The notes under the pieces: model-generated
Seen by the model: only the letters and a program-made list of their open reading frames with translations
Told to the model about the DNA's origin: nothing
Databases searched by the model: none
Assembly: GCA_965649765.1 (NCBI GenBank)
Contig: OZ287748.1
Coordinates: forward strand, 76,260,001-76,324,000
Source of the DNA: Bispira polyomma
Lineage: Eukaryota
Direction of reading: 5' to 3'
Length of the DNA stretch: 64,000 bases
Program-made: the position numbers and the translations under genes
Part shown: in pieces, positions 49,730-64,000 of the stretch
Layout of the letters: each line of letters opens with the position of its first letter
How positions within the stretch are numbered: the stretch's first letter is position 1

Positions 49730-52587
49730 AAGTTCTGTCACATTGTTTACCATCCTATCCAAATTGAGGACACACACACTCACCCACACACATACACTGC
49801 TGTTCTAAAGTTCTAGAACATCAATAATCTCATAACATAATAAATCCCGAGTTGTTTTGTTAGATCAAAGGTGTGTGTTTAGTTGTCACTGGTTTGAAAA
49901 TAACAATAAGTCTATTAGTATACAGTTGACTTGAAAAAGTCAATACAGTTTCTCTGTACAAACAATTGTATTGTAAGCACATGCTTACATATTGCCGATC
50001 CCGACATGGTCGACATGGGCTGATCAGAGAATGTTTTTTGTCAGACATTGTCTGATTTATGCTTCTATGTGGCTGATGAATATATTTTTCTATCCATCAC
50101 ATTTTATTGGCATCACATTTTGAAAATACATATTACACCCAGAAATGCTAATTATTTTTGCTCCTGGCCAAAATAATCTAAAGCTTCTGCTGACATCTGA
50201 TCTTGTCTGTTGTACAACTGATACATTAAAGTGTATACATTTTAAGTATTGCCCAACATTAGCCTGATATATATCTGACACATAGAAGCATAGGTAAACT
50301 TCTATTATAGAGACCCGGAGTGTGAAAATAAAATTCTGACAAGCTCGCAAGTTGTGGCCGTACTTTATCTGAGAGATTAAAAGAAGCCAAGATGGCTGAA
50401 ACTAAACAAGTATTCATTTATGAACAATATTATAAAATTTAAGTTGATACCCGGATAGATGGTCTCTCTAATAAAATGAAGTTGCTTGTACTAGTTGGTG
50501 ATTAAAAAGACAACTTTCTAGTATAACAGAATACCATTACTTCACCAGAAATCCGCTTTTGATCTGTAAATTAAGTATTCACTCTCAGAAGATTGTGGTT
50601 CAAGACTCCTGAATGATGAATGGTTAAAAATGCCAAATGAGGCTTATTTTTCCATTAATATGAAGGCTCTATTGAACTATAGTACTTCAATATATCCAGA
50701 TGTCAGTCGGGGAATACCATGAAAGCACAATGTTTAATAGATTATAATTAGGTATTTTTCCAATCGTTTATTGAGTATTGAAATATATTTCTTTTGTCTA
50801 TTGATTTGTATTTTTGTCTAATGGCCTAGTCTAATTTAATCTTTTATAATGTCACAATGGAATATGTTTTAGAGATACTGCTACTCCATGAATAAATCTA
50901 GCTGTAAATGAAATAATATAAATGTCTTAAAATTAGTTTTTCTTTCATAAAATAAATTCCATCGACAGCAGTTCAATTTTTTAATTTGTATTAAATAAAC
51001 TTGCCAAATGTTTGATTGATTTTATGCTTCATATTCCATAATTCTATTATGTTAATAGCAATGTTTCTATAATAAACATAACATAGTCATTGCTATTTTT
51101 CCTTTAGAAATGATCAAATATTTATCCCACACTATAAAGCAAATCTCCATTGCTTAAATGTGACACCAAACATTAACAAAAAACCCTTTTAATATTTTGT
51201 AATCACAAGTAACACAAATACACATCGAGAAATTACCCTTCGGTGACAATGCAATTGTTAAATATATTACACTTGAGGCACATTTCTAATTTATAAATTT
51301 ATTCGCTCATAAGACAACAATGGTTAATCTACAACTGTATAGAATTACCCTCAATGGAACCCGGTCACGAAATGACAAAGCATTACTGAAACAAGCTCCA
51401 TTAGACAATTTTCCCTATTACTCCATTCAGTCAGAGAGCTTTCTAGTATTTTTTTAATCATTTTAGTGAAGCATTTAACATACATTATGGCCTTTCATTT
51501 CTGTTGTAATTACAACGGATTAAATGTCTGTTCATTTATGTATAGGATCACTCAGAGTGCTATACTATTAATCTGGATTCAACACCTGTCAGTCTGGATT
51601 CTGATGTTTTTGTAAGTCACATTTCATTTGAATCTGGTTTTGAAAAATGAAGTCCTATACAAAGAGGTTTTAATTGTTTTGTCAATCGAATGAAGCCGTT
51701 TAAATGTGTCAGTGTTTATGGAAGAGGAAGTAAAAGGCACACATACACATTTAACATGCACTTTAACAACTGGTAAATCACCTGGTAAATAGGTAAGTAT
51801 TGTGAATAGGTAATTCATTGTAGGACAATCTTATCATAAACCTTTTTAGTAACATATCTTTGTAATATAATTGTAACATATAACGGTTATTTTATGTACA
51901 GCAATTAAAGTGGCTTTAATGTATATGTTGTGACATTGACTGAAGTCATCTTGTGTGTTAAAGCGTGGTGATTTTACCATCTTGACAGATGGACAATGGT
52001 GATTAAATAGGGTGACCTTACTTTGTAAATCTTAACTTGTATGTACATTTGCCCAAGTCATCAATAGTGGGTTTTTTTAAAAGGAGAATTTTTCCTTTTG
52101 TACAAACTGGCATAATGTAAATTTAAAAAAGATTTTAGCCATTCTCTGAGGTGATCCATCTGAGGTAATTCCTCATCAAAATTTCCTTTTTCCTTTCTCA
52201 AATTTCTGTTACTACATGTATTGTTCTACTGATATTAGCGTCATTTAAATTTTTTTATATATGCTGACAAAGCTGCTGAGATACTCTTCAACTCTATATA
52301 TGCATCACGTCTTATTCACTGAACACACAGCCCTGAGGCCATAACACTAACATTTGTTCATGTATTTTTTTCTGTACAAATGACGCCTACTCAAATATGC
52401 TTAAATGCTTAAGTCTGAGGGTTTAAGTCTAAATTTTATACATGTCAAGGTAAATATTGTACTGCATATTATATTGTCGATCATTTTGACACTTTTTTCC
52501 TCCAGTTCAATTTCAAAATAGGATAATCAAGATAAAGTTTAACATGAAAATTGAATAGTTTATAAGCAAATTATTAGAAATACATAC

Positions 52588-52666
52588 CATGGAAGACTTT
52601 TTCCATGCAGTTGGAAAAGATGCAGGAGCTTCATAATGAGTAGAGGCAATATTCCTAAATGCATCT
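52588..52666 (-). other. Candidate signal-peptide exon for channel copy 1 (paralog at ~13538-13618)
   Basis: TTTAG|AG ATG, MHLGILPLLIMKLLHLFQLHGKS, followed by G|GTATGT. The phase does not match the next exon, so the call is tentative. Confidence 0.3.
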
Positions 52667-53494
52667 CTAAATCAAAGGACCAATGAGTGAATGAGGCTGA
52701 TTCGTCAAAATGAATACACTGACCTCTGACCAAAGCATTCCTTGTTAAGGTTTTCCCATTCCCAGGATCATGTGACTTTGGAATACCAGAAGCTTCACAT
52801 GCCTTGTAATCACAAAGTTTCACCATATTTTCAGCTCGAGGCAAAACAAGTGTATATGTTTTAATCTGATATGTGTGGAAGAATATATCCCATATATTAA
52901 TGTTTCTCTGTTTCCATATATGTTACTCTGTACATATTGCTCTTGCCATTGTGGGTTCGAATGCTAATGGTTATGGGTATGCTACCAGTAGATTTGGTCA
53001 AAGTCAGTGGTTGCAGGGAAGAAAAGCTTGATCAACTACCCTGTTATGATGTCTTTACTAAGTGAACTGTCTGTCCTGGTATGACAACATTTAGCCAAAA
53101 CTAATCTAATCGAATCCTGGTAGATAGTCAAAGTATTCTATATTAATTAAAATAAGATAACTTGTTTATATTGTGCATAACGTGAGCCATTTATTTTAAC
53201 AAAAAAAATAATACATCAGTTGCACTTTTTATCATGAAATCATTGCAGGTAATAGAACAGCTACAGCCTTTTCGGTTCTGTTCTCTGTTAAAGTGACAAT
53301 AAAAAAAGGGTTTGATTTTGGCTGATTTCATTTACTGGAAATGATGCCACAAGAAATCTGACTAAATTTCCTAAAAGTTTCTGTCAATAGTCAGAAATAA
53401 TAAAAATACTTTTTAGTAATTTCGACTCTGAATAATATAAAGCCAAATCGAAAATAGAAGACTAAATTTCAGAGTAGTTTACAACAAGCAATGT

Positions 53495-53620
53495 ACCTTC
53501 CTAAATGGCGGCCACTGTCACATTGAAGATATGTTTACCTCCAGGCCTTATATAAGCCGGAGTCAGATGTAATTTGCATTTGGAACACCACAGTATTTCC
53601 CACAATGTCTCACTATACTG
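53495..53620 (-). promoter_or_regulatory. Putative Pol II promoter and first exon (unit 2), candidate promoter of channel copy 1
   Basis: TTCCCACAATG 53597-53607, ATTTGCAT 53572-53579, TATA 53547-53556, YY1-like GCCGCCATTT, donor AG|GTACAT at 53496. Confidence 0.55.
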
Positions 53621-56189
53621 CTGAGGAATGTAAGCAAAACCAAAGCTATGCTGACTCCTAGATTAAGAACCTTCATGAGAAGTGATGACATCATCAACAC
53701 AACTACATAACTATGGCGATAAGTAAATATTGCTGACAATTGAATAGAAATGGTGTGTCTATTTACCAAAACAACCTTAAATTCAAGTTTTAAAGCAAAG
53801 TACACCTTGTATGCAATTAAATGAGCCCTTTCTGGCTTATATAGTTCATATATTAACACCAATCTTGGACTCGAAAATCAGCAATCATAATACACAGGTC
53901 TAAAGTACTACAAGATGACAGAATCATCTCACTTTTAGTAATAAATGTAAATTTATTTTTAAAAGCTATGGTATTATAAATGACAACTGAAATATTTTAA
54001 TTTTATTGGTCTTTGACAAGCTAAATGTACAGGTTCTTGCATGTTATGGGATATTTTTATTTTTATTTTATAGTGAATACCTTTATATTATGACTTTAAT
54101 ACAGACTTACAGTAATTCTGAGGAATATTTATTATGTACATGAAAAAGACACTTTGTATGTGAAGAGCTTTTTTAGATCTGTATTACTTGATTGGCCTTA
54201 AACTCAATTTATGAGTAACATAATCCATTTTGATTAATACAAATAATAAGAATGAGACATATTTTATTTATGTGCTAATTTATCATTTCAAGTGTTATCT
54301 TAATAGATATTTTATAACAGAAAATACATATATGTGTAAAATTGTGACAAAGAGGTTAACATTTTTCAAAGCACATGCTTCACAAACGTGACAAAACTCG
54401 CATACAAAGAAGGAATCAAAACTGTATTGTATATCATTAGAAAGGGGATTAGACTATTTTTCATTAAAACACAAAAAACATATCACTGAAAATATCATAC
54501 ACGTTTTTCTAACGTAGGGCAGTATTTAGAATGTCTTCATATAAGCTTCATAAATACCAGTATTATGTCACAATAGAATGCGTTCTCTCTATAGTTTGTT
54601 TAAAATGTAAGATTCTCATAAAAATTTGAATATCTGTGCTATCACTATTTAAGGATTGTTAGTGTTTTGATACTTTTGTAGCAAAGTATTTTAATTGTTT
54701 AGACATAAAAATAGTTGAAAACTTGAAATTTGCAAAAGTGACATGATTGGTGTGTTTAATTACTTTCAAAATTTGTCATTTTAGTCATTTTTGGAAAAGT
54801 CATTAAACATTACTGTTTGATAGTAACTTAATATTTTATATAAATGAGATGTGATATAATACCTAAATACGATGAAAGTTATAATGTATTTAATGTCTCT
54901 ACCATCTGAGCATTTGTCATTGATCGCAAATAGAGTTAAAATGTAAAATTTAAAGAGAAAGTTTATATAGATTTATATAATTTACTACAGTTGACATTTT
55001 TAATGAGTTTTGTTTCCTGATGAATTTTTCTTGTTTATAATCTATCATTCAATAACTCTTCATTCTATTGAAAAAACAAATATCTAAATACCACTCATTG
55101 AAAAAAAATGTATCTTGATATATTTAAATTTGAAGCAGTTAAGGCCCACCTAGAATTTAATGGTGAATATATCTAAAATGCATTTAAAGTTTTAACATGA
55201 ATATTATTTAAAGATTGATATCTAGTCACATACAGGGCAGACCTTAACTGTCTTTGGGTCTTAACTACTGCATTACCACTACCAACTACACCCTATTGGA
55301 AGAACATCAAGCAGTTTATCAGAAAAAACATAATTAGCTCAAATACTATTTACATAATCATGGTTATGTATTCTCTGTTGATTATAGATGGTATATACAG
55401 CAGAAACTCAATTATTCTGACTTCTGTTATTTGAATATTCAATTTTACAATCTCATCTTCATACTCAGAAATTTATCCGAACTTTCCAACATGTTTGGAT
55501 AACATAGGTTCCCTGTATAATGGTCTGTATAATGGTTAAGGCATCTGCCCCACATGATGAAATAACCTGTAATGTAGGAGGTTTAATGACCTTATTAAGA
55601 TTTTCATGGTTATTTAAAGTAGACAATTATATTACTAGTACTAACTAAAGTATGATAAGAGTCAAGACACTTAAAGGTGTTACATGACAAAAAAACTTTG
55701 TAATAAATGACCTGTTGAACATAAACATGAATATTTAAACTAAATATTAACAGTTATGTATTTCTAGATGGTGTATATGTATTAGTGCAATGTTGAGCTT
55801 TGTTTTGTGAACAAGGTTTCCACTATATATAGAGTTTTTGAAATGTCAGTTTTAAATATAATAACATTATATAAATTTGTCACATACTTGACATTTGGTA
55901 TATGGTAAAAACCCTGTAATGCATGGGGGAAAATGAACTCAGTATTATAACTATCTCACATTTCATTTACATATTCATGATTATGATGACGTATGGTTTA
56001 CAGTTCATTTACACACCAATGGATATGCTTATGATGTAATTTACCCCTATACAATACATTACATGGGTTTTATCATCTATTCTTCAGTCGCTAATAATAA
56101 CATAATTGGGACAGACTTCATTTAAATATCAATGGATAGGTCAGTTACCACATATCGCATTATAAATTTACAATTATTATTATACTTGT

Positions 56190-59100
56190 TTACTGGGTAC
56201 TGCCAACTTTTATCCCAATTATAACACTGAGGTCCACAACAAAGAATATTATGAAGATCACCAGACAGAATCTGTCCAGTACCCTGGCCAGTTTGTTCCA
56301 GTCTTCTCTGTTCTGCTCCACTTGGTCATTATCCAATTGCTTGGTCTTGAAGTACTCCAGGTATTCCACCAGTTTGGCTATGTCGCTGCTGTTAAAGTCC
56401 TTACCCAATGTTTTGTTACTCTTCTCATCCAGGATTCTAATGGGGTATGGCTGAACCTTGTATTACATTATAGATACATGTAGAAAACATATTGAAATCT
56501 TTTTACTGTTAATTTACAGTCTCTTTGACTGCCAGGTAAATATTATTAAATCTTTATCTCTATTTAAGGAATATTCCAGAACAAACCTCCAATAAACAGT
56601 AATTTTTAATGTACAAGGTCTATATCGATTCTAGCATGACAGATTAATAATTGTGCCTTTACTGTATGTAAAATAAATTATGTTACAGGAGGGATGATTT
56701 TAATTAGGCATAAATGATATTATATTTTGGAAAATGGTATTGGCCATACTGACACATTGGTTCTAGCCTTTACCATAATTTTAACCAATCAGAAGAGATT
56801 ACATGATTCAGACTGGGATGTTTAATTTGAGAGAAACAAATACCAAGACAATATTATGATGGCTTATTATGTACTTTTAAAAACACTGAGTTGACTCTTT
56901 GTAACATAATGTTTATATCAACCTCACAACATTGAATAAATCATCTCTGATCAATTTTACTGAGTGGAACAACACATCTTTAAATGGAGATACCAAAAAG
57001 TAACAAACAGAAATAATACAATTGAAACAGTACAGCATTTGTTGAAGTCCTACCTGAAATAGTTTGACATCTGATTCACTGTACTTCATGCAACAAAGCA
57101 CACAAGCCAGTTTGTTGAAAGCCAAGTTCTTCAGCCAATGAGGTACCTCCTTATTTGGTCGGTGGTAATGTATATTGATGATAAGGATGTTCAAAAACAT
57201 CCCAATTCCAGAGAAGATGATACACACCAGTATAGTTATAGCTGGTGAATAAAAACAAAAATTAATTTACATAACCTAGCAATAAAAAATTTAATATATT
57301 TTCGGATGTTTGAATATTTAAAGTTGTAATGTGAATATTTAGGATTAACTTGAGCTAGGCAATTGTTTATAGTATATATGTGAAATATCTGAAAAGGTAA
57401 TTACAAACACTATAAGTAAAAAAATTATGAAAACTGTTTAAAGAACTGGGGAGAAACCTAACTATCAAGACTTTTCATTGTGAGACCACAACATTTGCAG
57501 TGGTCTGTATCTTTAGGTAACCTATAATAAATTTATGACATGGTATTGTAAAGGGAGGAGTTGTTATAGACAGGTGTTCGTGAGATACATGTCGTCTGTC
57601 TTGCAGGATTTTTTTCTTGACAATCCAGAGTATAGTCATGTTTGTCCAAGCAAACCATGATAGAATGTGATGTATTGTTATATTTGTCCTGTTATGCAGT
57701 GTTTACTCTTGTTAATTATGTCATTTATCCATACATTATGAAGTTATGTAACATGCATATTTGTATTTGTTATTGAAAAAGTGTATGGGTGATCAAATAA
57801 TAAACTTACTGAGTTTAGGAGTGGTACCAGACCGGGGTGTAACATCTGTCATCATCAGTAAGAAAATGGAGTATGACAACATCAGAGTGATACCTGGATA
57901 GAGAAAAACAATTGTGATTGCAAAAAAGTATGTATTAAACGATGTATCCTCTCCATAGGCATATCCTTAGTCTTAGATGATATTTTTAATGTTGACTTTA
58001 CCTTGTTCATTATTCATGATTTTTAGGTTTTGATTTAGAAGTCCCTTTGAATTCAACATTATTGTAAAAAGGGGACACAAAGTTTAATATTAGTTACACA
58101 GCGGCAGATGCATGTGATATGAGTGTTGAATCAGTTTTAGGAAACTCTAGCTTATCAATGTTTTACATGCTAAAACTTTCTGATGAACTTTTTTTTACTA
58201 ATAAAATTACTAAATAGCACAGGCTAAAGAAAAATGGATACAGTTGAAATTTACAATCATAGATGTTGTTTGATTTGGTTAAACATAGCTTAAATTCAAT
58301 TCCCAAATTTATACATTGCTAATTGATTAATAGTAAAGTACCTCTTCCATTTTAAAGACTCGTTATTATACAAACAAATAATTACTTTGCAGCTTGCATA
58401 TGCACAAATATTGCACAAATATTGGCAATGCAGATTCTACAGTGCAGTATCTTCTATATCGGTAGTGAATGGTTATAGCTACAACAAACTGAATTTTTAG
58501 AATGCATAGTTGAGTTAATCAAGTAAACTTTCATATTACCTAAAGAAACCTTTTCACCAGACTCTACAGGTAGAATGAACATAGGGATGAGTAAGAAGGA
58601 GAGTAAGATAGCTGGCAGGAGGACATTGAGCTCAAAGTACAGAGGGTTCCTCTTCATTTTCAGCTTAAGCTTTAACATTGGATAAATGAATGTTCCATCA
58701 AACAACTGAAATGAGATGCAAAAGTAGGTGAGTGTCCAAAATAAAGTCCATCGTGTTTTAACATACAACCCACATAAATGATTAAAGGAAATAGATTAAC
58801 CTTAAAGAACGGTATTTCATCTACACAGAAAGGTACATTTTGAAATAGAAAAATCATGTTATATAATGTCCATCAAATATGTTGACTGGTATTAATAACC
58901 CCATGTAGTGGATATAATGCTGAATGTATATATAATGAAGTATTGCTTGAATCATATATATATAGCACACATTGAACATTTAAGGCACTTGTTTCACATG
59001 AAGGGGCTGGCCTACAACACAATACTGGTCAAGTTGATAAATGGTGTGTTTACATCTTGGCCTAATCTCTCCTCAATGACTACTGTATAGTGTACAGATA

Positions 59101-62100
59101 ACACTTTAGGACAAATAATTACAATATAAAAATCCCTCACAATTACTTAGGAACCCAGGGGTCTGGGCTTGATTCCAGCTTAGGGCTCACAGGTACAAGC
59201 ACAAAGTGTCTTGGATGACCTCTTAACCTTGACCTTGGGTCATCCCCAAGCCTCTATATATAATTATGCCAATGGTAGTCACTGGTGCTGGTTTACTGTT
59301 TCTTGTCATTCATGAACATGTTAATTAACACTTTGACTACCAGATAAAGGTAGATATTAGAGTATAAATTTGAATATAAATGAAATACTAATACAAATAT
59401 AAATAATATTAATACTAACCTCTTCCACATAGGCTTGTGAATCCTCGAGTGCCCATTCTGAGCTCACTTCAAATATATCCATCATAACATCTGGGATGGC
59501 TGTGAAATTCACTAGTTCGCCTGTGTACATCCAGTTTGCAAATCTGTGTATAATATTGTACCATATTACGCAACTACATATGAATTTATATTGTGATTGG
59601 TTACACAACCACTGGAGGAAAAAGGCACATTTCAGTTAAATGCCAAATATTTATCATAATAGTTTCCATGTAGGAATATACTATATTTTCTGTCAATCTT
59701 TAAATATCTGAAATTTTGCAATATATAAATATCTATATAAAGTAAACTATAATAGGAAGCCATAGTGAATTCCATCAAATCAAATTATATAGACTAAAAC
59801 TTTCTGTTTTGCAAAACATACACTACTTCTTAACATTTCGGTCAGCTCACTAGTAAAGAATACTGAATGATGACATTAATCCTGAACAGTTGCGTTAGTT
59901 TAAAAGAATAGCCTGTGCACCGATAACATTACTTTGTAATATTTATGTTTGTTTAATAGGATAGCCTACTGAATGATGCACTCTTGGTCATCATATGGAA
60001 AATCTGACACATCCACAGCACAGGATGTTGACCAGCGCATGGATGGAATCCAGATTATGGTACCATCAAAGAGGATCCGTACTCGAGATTCATCTTCTTC
60101 AAAAGCCAGTTCATCTGCATCTGCAACACTGAAACATAACTATGATGATGAAATATAACTATGATATATAACGGGGGCCACGGTGGCCTAGTGGTTAGCA
60201 AGCACTGCGCTTCACAATCACTGGTCTCTTACCTCTAGGCGGCGTGAGTTTGAATGCCGTCGATGCCTATGTGGGAAAGGTGGTAGTTCGTTACTGTGGG
60301 TCGCTGGTTTCTCTGCAGAACCTTGACCGACTGTATGCAGAGTTTCCTCCAGCGTTTCCAACAACCCATCCCAATATAACCTACTAAAAGGTACTAGAGT
60401 GGACGTTAAATATCCAAATTCAAATGATATATAACACATATGGCCATCTAAAACTTGTGTTACTGTATTCACAGTGCTTCCAGTCACACATTTCGAGGGA
60501 GATACAGTGACAGTAGAGAAAAATAGCATAGCATACTGTACCAAATTTTGATTTATTCCAACAAATCTAATTATCAAGCAAAAGATATACCATGATTTTA
60601 AACATGTCAGGTCAATTGAAACTCCTGGGGATATAAAATAATAACATGTTAATACTATCTATCATATGATGGCTATAAAACCAAAAATGATGGTGAAAAT
60701 ATAAGTATTCAGCACCACTTGAAATCACTATATAGGCCTCAAAAAGGTGTTAATGTGCTTGTTATACCAAAAATCATGTTGCAAAACCTTACCACCAGGC
60801 CCTATATGGTAGAGTGATGTCTCATATGACTATAAGACCGGGCCTCAATTATTTTACCTCAATTCAGACTACTATATAACCTTTAAAAAAGGATGTTAAT
60901 GTATTTATTACAATAAATACCTCATTTTTAAATAACTAGTTGTCAATTGCTAATAACGAACAGTGATAGTCTATGATATTAACAAGGTGCTAAGCCAATA
61001 TCTTGTCATAGCTCCAATATACTTTGGTACTAGATTTAGGACAATGTCTAGACTAAGCTCCTGAATACCGCCGCTGAAGATAAACTAAATAAGAATAGCC
61101 CTGGGGTGGCATTTATGGAAGGCTAAGCAGAGTCTTTGTCTTAGATCTAGTATAATTATGAACTAGATTTAGAATATTGTCTAAACTTAGCCCTTCTCAA
61201 TACTGCCCCTGGAATATACCACTTGCACTGTATGCAACAATACATGTAGTTTAATGAAGACTTCATATTTAGCTGTAAAAGAACTGTTCCTTCCTTTAAT
61301 TGGTGAGACAGGGTACATTCACTAGTCATATATAGTGTGATTATTTACAAGTGCAAATATATATGAGCCAAAATATGGGATATTACAGTTATATCCTATT
61401 ACTTGCACATCTAATTTTAAAGACACATCATCAATTGTGATAGATGAGCCATTTACCACATATAGTATAAGTACAAATTGTTACTAGGAAATGATTGCAG
61501 CTATTTGATCTGATGACCTTCAATAGTTAATATTACTTTCCAGTGAAAAAGTAAATTTGTATTATTTTTTTCCCTATAAAATGGCCAATAGTAATAATAT
61601 TTTATCCAAATTATTCACTTGTACAGTATGACCCTGACATATGTGACCTAGCAAGCTTTGTGTACCTGTTAATGGCTGTTATTTCAGGCAACCACACCCT
61701 TTTAGCGGGAAGAATAAGGAAAGGGGCATCATTATAATCTGCTGGATCCCATTGAAGGAGGTCATCTTTCCAACTGAGTGTCATGTAACCATGGCTGGTC
61801 AGACGCTGGTTTTTTTCATTCTATACAGAACAAAAAATGTTTATTTGCATTTAGGCCACAGACCTTTTACAAATACATATAAAGAAAATAACTAAAAACA
61901 TATTTAATATTTGGCTGGCATATCATTTAATGTCATTTTAATAATAAGAGTAATTGCTTCAAAACGGTCAATTATCTATTATTCTATATTAATATTGCAA
62001 ATACATATAAATAAAATAACAAACAATATATTTAACATTTGGTTGGCATATCATTTAATGTCATTTTGATAATAAAAGTAAATTCTTTGAAACCATCAAT

Positions 62101-62795
62101 TATTTATTGTTCTATTTTATTCTTGCAAATACATATGAAGAAAATAACAAGCAACAAATTTAATGGTTGGCTTATCATTTAATGTTATTTTAATAATAAA
62201 ACTAATTGCTTCGAAACCATCAATTATTTATTATTATATAAAGGTGGTATTAGTTGTAACCTGAGAAAATTTATCTTCAATAATACTATTTTGTAGCAAT
62301 AATTCAAAGTTATTAGTTTTAATAATTTTAACACATTTTTTATTGATATTTTAGTGACAATTTTTATTACTGGCAATTTTTATAAATTTTAGTAACTTAA
62401 CTACAATGTTTACTAATATTTTGCAAATATTTACTATTTTACTAAAAACATTTACTTCAGTACATTTTTTTACACAATTCTTGAAAATTTGTGAAGGATA
62501 ACATTTCAAGTTTAAGTAACGTATAAGGAAAGATATAGAAAATAAACAGTTTTGACTTGATTTAGAAGGGTAACCTTAACAGGTAGATGCATGTATACCT
62601 GGCAATTGATTTAGTGTATACCTAATTTCAAGAAGGTGACTACTAAATCTCTTACCAGGCTTTCTATCTGTGACAGTCCAAACACGATAGTCACAATGAT
62701 CTGTTGGGAGTAATTACTCCCCTTAATTGGCCTCAGGTCACTGCTGTAGTTACTGAACAGGTCTGTGTAGAGCTGCCTTTCCAAAGATTCATCGC
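56190..62795 (-). CDS. Non-alpha nAChR-like Cys-loop cation channel subunit, copy 2 (5' exon(s) not in window)
   Basis: Exons 62656-62795, 61666-61820, 59970-60128, 59420-59543, 58540-58705, 57810-57893, 57054-57241, 56190-56456 splice into an open frame. Cys loop CAVDVSDFPYDDQEC, four TM helices, GEK motif, no vicinal Cys in loop C. Confidence 0.92.
60173..60423 (+). mobile_element. tRNA-derived SINE in an intron of copy 2
   Basis: A box TGGCCTAGTGG, B-box-like GAGTTTGAATGC, 12-bp TSD ATGATATATAAC (60161-60172 / 60424-60435); absent from copy 1. Confidence 0.88.
61868..62238. repeat. 128-bp tandem repeat, about 3 copies, intronic
   Basis: CAAATACATAT recurs at 61870, 61998 and 62126; absent from copy 1. 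Confidence 0.88.
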
Positions 62796-64000
62796 CTGAA
62801 ATTTTTACTATTATTATGCCAATGTGGTCTAATGAGTAACACACTCGCTTGGGACCTGGGGATCGATCCCAGTCTGAGACAAACAGGTACAGACACAGGC
62901 ATAGTAGCTCGAAAGACCATTTGAAATGGTGGTATGTCATTCGTCCCCAGAGGTAGGCTGAAGATTCTTGGGTAAATTGATAAATAGTGTAATCCACAAG
63001 TCTCCCTCTTCAATCAGGGAAATCGTAGTTAACTGATGTTGGTTGGCTGTTGGCAGTCAATAAAAGGGTAAATAAGTGCTTTTAATACCAGATAAAGGTA
63101 CAAAAAGGTATACATTTGAATACAATACATCCTCTCAAGCACTTCTGCTATTGTGGTTGGTAGGCCAGTCTAAAGAGATATAGTTTTATTTTTTTCCTAA
63201 AATAAGTAATTTTCTATCTGGCATCTGACAACTAATGGCAATTATTAGCTTATACAACAAATCTTGTTCTTTAGATAGAATATAACATTATACCTCAATG
63301 ATTTTTTTAAACTGATCGGAAATGAGGATTATTAGAGTGGGGCTGGGTACTCGAAAAACTATGTAGATCTTATGGACCAGGACAACAGCTAATAATATTC
63401 TAACAAGTCTACATATTGGAAAAGACTTTCTGTCAAACCTAAGCTTAATCAAGGCCAGCTCATACTCTGTTTAAAGGGTATTATCTAGGCTTGTTTGCCT
63501 TTAATTTTGATTAGATACTCTCATAAAAAACAAGGTATATGTCCCTGTTTAAAGGATTCTATTACTAGGCTACTTAGAATAAATCCCCATCTTGTAATAA
63601 GAGTAATAACAGCACATCTTGTGATCGAATTACACATTCTATATTGTTATATGGGTATCTAGAGGAGCTAATGGTAAGGCTTTGTTTTTTCTGACACAAA
63701 CTATACAACTAGTACTTTTGCAACCTTGATTGAGCTTTCATATTTAAACCTATTCAAATCACTGAAAATGCTGAGCTATTCTCAAAAATCTAATCTTTAG
63801 TTATTATTTTTATTTGTTATTTTTAGTTTTCAATAAATATAGCTAAATAACACTTTTTAAATTCAAACATAATCAAGTGATATCAAATTATTTATCTACA
63901 GATTATAATACTTTACTAGGGTAATTAGTGTTAGTCTACTTGGATGACATATAATTATAATATAGTATATTTCTGGACAAAATGGTACCAATCAACCAGT

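Larger units (their letters stand above)
50154..63850. repeat. Tandem segmental duplication unit 2 (no YR-retrotransposon insertions)
   Basis: Colinear similarity to unit 1; begins ttttttgctcctggccaaaataat exactly as position 1 does. Confidence 0.93.

Noticed and set aside
60173-60260. Possible tRNA gene
   Set aside because: No cloverleaf; followed by a SINE body and flanked by a TSD.
61868-62238. Regular repeats resembling a CRISPR array
   Set aside because: Whole 128-bp units repeat without unique spacers; eukaryotic intron.

Overview
AT-rich animal (probably invertebrate bilaterian) genomic DNA with two layers. (1) A tandem array of minus-strand, intron-rich Cys-loop ligand-gated cation channel genes (non-alpha nAChR-like). 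Copy 1 (33343-39833) carries a CGA>TGA nonsense codon. Copy 2 (56190-62795) is open over 8 exons, with its 5' end beyond the window. A third copy is implied to the left of the window. Positions ~1-40600 are paralogous to ~50154-63850, which gives an empty-site reference. (2) A dense, nested cluster of tyrosine-recombinase (YR) retrotransposons with split direct repeats (A1-ORFs-B1-A2-spacer-B2; Ngaro-like, no methyltransferase): E1 (+, 2549-9321) sits inside E2 (-); E4 (-, 22007-28128) sits inside E3 (-, 14401-28749), which sits inside an older YR remnant (E3b); E5 (+) lies at ~41890-46403. Comparing the divergent elements suggests a shared logic. Phase-1 splice donors in gag and phase-1 acceptors before YR predict a Gag-YR fusion. 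Gag-Pol recoding appears to use a -1 frameshift (E1/E5) or UAG readthrough (E3/E4). All elements end in ACTGT, and integration is precise, without TSD, at AT dinucleotides. LINE, SINE and MITE remnants are also present. All calls are by eye; no searches were run.
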